A DNA stretch of 64,000 nt from Azolla caroliniana (Eukaryota; Plantae; Polypodiophyta), in NCBI GenBank assembly GCA_043228905.1, contig JBHGNT010000008.1, positions 4,216,001 through 4,280,000 on the forward strand, written 5' to 3'. Under the pieces are notes generated by a model. It was not told the origin of the DNA, made no database searches, and worked only from the letters and a program-made list of their open reading frames with translations. The position numbers were made by a program, and so were the translations under genes. The number at the start of each line of letters is the position of its first letter. Position 1 is the stretch's first letter. Below are positions 60,080 to 64,000 of this stretch, piece after piece.

Positions 60080-60445
60080 TTTGGAAAAATTGTGAGGAGT
60101 ACCCCTAGGCTTTGGAAATTTATAAGAGGTACCCCTAGGCTTTGGAAATGTATATCGGATACCCCTAAGGCTTTGGAAATGTGTGAGGAGTACCCCTAGG
60201 CTTTGGAAATTTATAAGGGGTACCCCTAGGATTTGGAAATGTATAAGGGGTACCCCTAAGGCTTTGGAAATGTGTGAGGAGTACTCCTAGGCTTTGGAAA
60301 TTTATACCGGGTACCCCTAAGGCATTGGAAATTTATAACGGCTCCTCCTAAGGCTTTGGAAATTTATAAGGGGTACCCCTAAGGCTTTGGAAATGTGTGA
60401 GGGGTACCCCAGAAGCTTTGGAGATTTGTGGAGATACCCTTCAAG
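60080..60445. repeat. 30-31-bp minisatellite (~12 units, TACCCCTA(A)GGCTTTGGAAAT plus ~10 variable nt)
   Basis: Core at 60100, 60130, 60160, 60191, 60221, 60251, 60282, 60312, ~60343, 60374, 60405, ~60435. Confidence 0.9.
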
Positions 60446-62009
60446 CTTCCGAGCTCAATCTTTTCTAGATTAGATCGACTGAAAAAGCTTTTCTTGCGGA
60501 AATGTGCATCCTCTCTGTGTTCTCTGGGTGTGAACATGTAAGATAGGCCAGGTTGGGCACGTGACCTTGCCACACTTGTTTAATGCATGCACTCAAATCA
60601 TATGTATCGTATTTAAAAATGACGCTTGGGTATTTATTGCAAAAGATTTATTGTAAAAGTAGATTGATTTGGTGGTGTCGCATCCTTGTGGTGTTCAAAT
60701 CATATGTCTCGCCTTTCTAGAAGCGTGTCTACAACTACGACTTCTCCCTTTTGTTTCTTCTTAATTATTTTGGACATAAAATCGTCTTATATGTTTCTCC
60801 TTATCTTTAAGCGTGGCCTTTAGTAGGTCTATCACTTTTCCTTACAAGGTATGATCCAATCACGTCCCCCCATATAGTAGGTCTCACAATCATTTCTTGT
60901 AGGCATGTGATAGGTTGTTTTCACAAGAAAGCATGCATAAGGTTTTGGCTTCAGTTTCTCAAAACTAACCCAACACACTTAGATTGAAGTTGCAAAAGTC
61001 TCGATTTGGTCCATATGCATGAGGGCAAACCAAAATACAACACACATGAAAATATAAAGTTCCATTGAATAAAGGGCAAGCCTTTATGTGGCGTAACTTC
61101 TTTTTTTTATTGCTGAAATCCAACTTTCATGATTTGCGGAAAAAGGTGGATTCACAAATCGCAACACTTTAAGAAATAGCAAATAGCATGCCAAAAGTAG
61201 TCATTATGAGAATGTATTTGCAAGGGCACTAAGCTTGTTGACTATGGCCCAAGGTAGAATCAACAATATGGTTTTGTTTCCTTCTCAAACACCCACCTAA
61301 CCATGAGTGCCATTTTGGTGTGTGCATAAGGGAAGGTGTGCATTGACTCAACCCCTGAGGAAGTAAACTTTCACAACCACCTAAAGAAGGGAAGGTTTTG
61401 CAATATTTTTGTCCTTTTTGGGGAGGGTGAAGTTCCAAATAATTGAAGGTAATGCATATGATGAGTCGATATTGTGGTCACGAAACAATCATGAAAAGAT
61501 TGTATTACTTTTCATCATGGCAACATTGGTCGATACAATTAATCGTAGTTAAAATATTGAAAACTAATTCATCATTTCAATTCGAATTTAAGTTTCTCAA
61601 ATATCTATTGTACTTTAGAGTGAATTGCTTTGCTTCACATATTGGAATTGAACGTTTTACGTTTATTATTATTACGTTTATCTCGAAGTTTATATACCGT
61701 TGAGATTATTTGTAAGTACATTATTCTCGTAAATTAGAAGACTATTCCTATTACGATGTGATCAAATCATACATGCTTTCATAATTCATTCAATTAGTTA
61801 TCTCTAGTGTAGGAGAATCCCATCATGTGCATTTATTCTATGTTAGGTCCCATGGATGAGGTTGTTAACCTTTACAAAATGACAATATGTCATTGTCATC
61901 TCTTTCTCGCTATTCATAGCAAGGTGGTCATATGTTATAGTAACCAATGATTTTGGTTTCAATCATTGCTTGTTGCTATTATAATTGCACACACACACAT
62001 ATTGCTTTG

Positions 62010-64000
62010 TGTTACGGTTGCACCAACGGTAATCAAATGGTCTTTATCTTTAACCCATGCACCTAGGCTTGAAATCTCATTAACCGTAACTATTATAGAT
62101 CATAATACTAATGTAAGCTTAAGATAAGGATAATGAAAAGATAGATAGAAAGGAGAAAGAGAAAGAAGGGTGCCGATCCACCCGACCACCCCCGAGCGAA
62201 GGGATGGAGACGGACTCGAGCCTCGATCGGCGTCCCATACCACCGCCGTGGCGTCGAGTCGTACCTGGTGCTGGAGCGCTCGCTACAAAAGTTGACCCAC
62301 CACACGAGCAGAGTCTCGATGTAGTCAAAAGATCATCAAATGAGGGTAGCTAGGCCTCTTATTTATAGCGATACCCAAGGCCCCTAGGCAAGTTCACACT
62401 TGACCTAATGGGTTGTCTCAATCCCGAGGATTAAAAGTAATCCTCCCCTCCTTTACACTCTCGTTTAACCCTCACACTTATCCACGTGTATAGAATACTA
62501 CGGTAAATTCTTACCACGGGATATTATATGGTCATGCCCGTAACATACTCCCCCCTCTTTAAAACATTGCACTCTTGCAATGGAAAGTTAGGGAAGTTAG
62601 TTCTAAGAGTATTTTCGCGTTCCCATGTGGCATCTTTTATTGATTTATCCATCCATTTTATTTTAAATTCTCGGATTTCTTTAGTACGTAATTTTTTTGT
62701 TTTAACATCGAGAATTCTTTCTGGTACATGTGGTTTAGAAGATAATTCTTCAGAAGTAACCAGAGTTTCAGTCGTAACTGTATTGTCGCCAGAACCTATA
62801 AGTTCTTTTAGACGACTCACATGAAAGACTGGATGAATTCCAACACCATCGGGAAGAGCGAGACGATAGGCTGATGACCCAATGCGTTTGAGGACTGTAA
62901 AAGGTCCACAAAACCGTGGGGCTAACTTAGCGCACTTACCCGTAGACAATGTCTTAGAATTGTGAGGTACACGTAAAAATACCTTCTGTCCAAGGTTGAA
63001 TACACGAGGTTGCCGATGATGATCGGCATAAAAACGCGCTCTATGTTGAGCTGTTTTTATATTATCTCGTGCAATATGCAACATATCTTGCATATCCCGA
63101 AGAAAGTTTTGCGTACTTCGCAACTCATCATGATGTATAGTAACATCAATCGGGGCTCGTGGCTGAAAACCATACATCAACATAAAAGGACTATATCCCG
63201 TCGACGTATGCTTGGAGCTGTTATAAGCAAACTCCAAAATTGGGAGATAACGTTCCCATTTTGTTGGTTTTGCACCAACGTATGCTCGAAGCATGTCCTC
63301 AATAATTTGATTTACTCGTTCTGTCTGTCCATCGGATTGAGGATGATCCGTGGAGCTCATGCTCAACGTAGTTTCTAACTTCTTAAAGACTTGTGTCCAG
63401 AAGTCACTAGTAAACTTTGGATCTCGATCACTCACGATATCCATCGGTAACCCATAAAAACGAAACAATTCGTCAACGAATTGGTAAGCCAATTCAGGAG
63501 CTGTTACCGTGGTTTTAGTAGCAATAAATCTGGCAATTTTAGTTAGTCGATCAACGACAACCCAGATGGCATCATGACCTTTTTGGGTGCGAGGAAGGCT
63601 AACAATAAAATCCATGGATATACTTTCCCACTTATTATTGGGAATGTCCAAGGGATGTAAAAGTCCTGCGGCTTTAAGTCGCTCGGCTTTGTTAACCTGA
63701 CACTGGTGACATTTAGTCACATAGCTATGTATGTCAGGACGCATCTTAGGCCAATAAAATTGAGTGGAGATGAGAACGAGTGTACGATGTATTCCAGGGT
63801 GCCCTGCTGAGGGTGCATCATGGCATTCAAAAAGAATCCTCTTTTTGACCTCGGGTAAATCTGGAACACAAACCTTCCCATTACGGTAGAGCAAACCGTT
63901 AGCAATGTGGAAGTATTCCTTCGAGGATGTGGTGGTGTCTGTTCCAGACTCAACTCTTGCCTAGTATTTTGCAAAATAACTGTCATCAGGATACTTTCCT
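62010..64000 (-). mobile_element. Second Ty3/gypsy chromovirus, 3' part (runs off the window)
   Basis: 3' LTR 62010-62545 with 8-bp terminal inverted repeat TGTTACGG/CCGTAACA, PPT ~62547-62562, integrase ORF upstream. Confidence 0.93.
62524..64000 (-). CDS. Chromovirus polyprotein C-terminal part (integrase and chromodomain), 5' partial
   Basis: ORF 62524-63894, frame continues to the window edge; [10 protein letters not shown]...CHQC, ISMDF, SDRDPKFTS, GPF, chromodomain; closely similar to the 34609-38334 protein. Confidence 0.93.

Noticed and set aside
60080-60445. CRISPR-like look (constant repeat plus variable spacer)
   Set aside because: Variable parts are only ~10 nt, recur and resemble each other; eukaryotic context with no cas genes.

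Overview
Land-plant nuclear DNA (GT-AG introns, plant gene families, plant TEs; a fern-like host is my guess only). It holds four protein genes, all on the minus strand: a core alpha-1,3-fucosyltransferase (7 exons, two apparent GC-AG introns), an uncharacterised intronless 429-aa ORF, MCM4 (about 21-22 exons, telo-box/E2F promoter) and an amino acid permease (7 exons). The rest is a dense transposon landscape whose ends and target-site duplications (TSDs) can often be read directly. (1) Two Ty1/copia 5' halves form a ~3 kb inverted repeat in fucosyltransferase intron 1. (2) A ~20 kb nest sits in a minus-strand LINE: a hAT with a solo LTR, a copia remnant whose PBS is split by a very young chromovirus, and a chimeric copia/LINE element. 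(3) There are also a hAT MITE, a Pack-MULE carrying a fasciclin-like AGP pseudogene, and the 3' end of a second chromovirus. The most unusual items are the young chromovirus (defective gag, intact pol, 1.75 kb leader of hairpin repeats plus a multibranch RNA fold), the intronic copia palindrome and the Pack-MULE. All alignments, counts and folds were done by eye.
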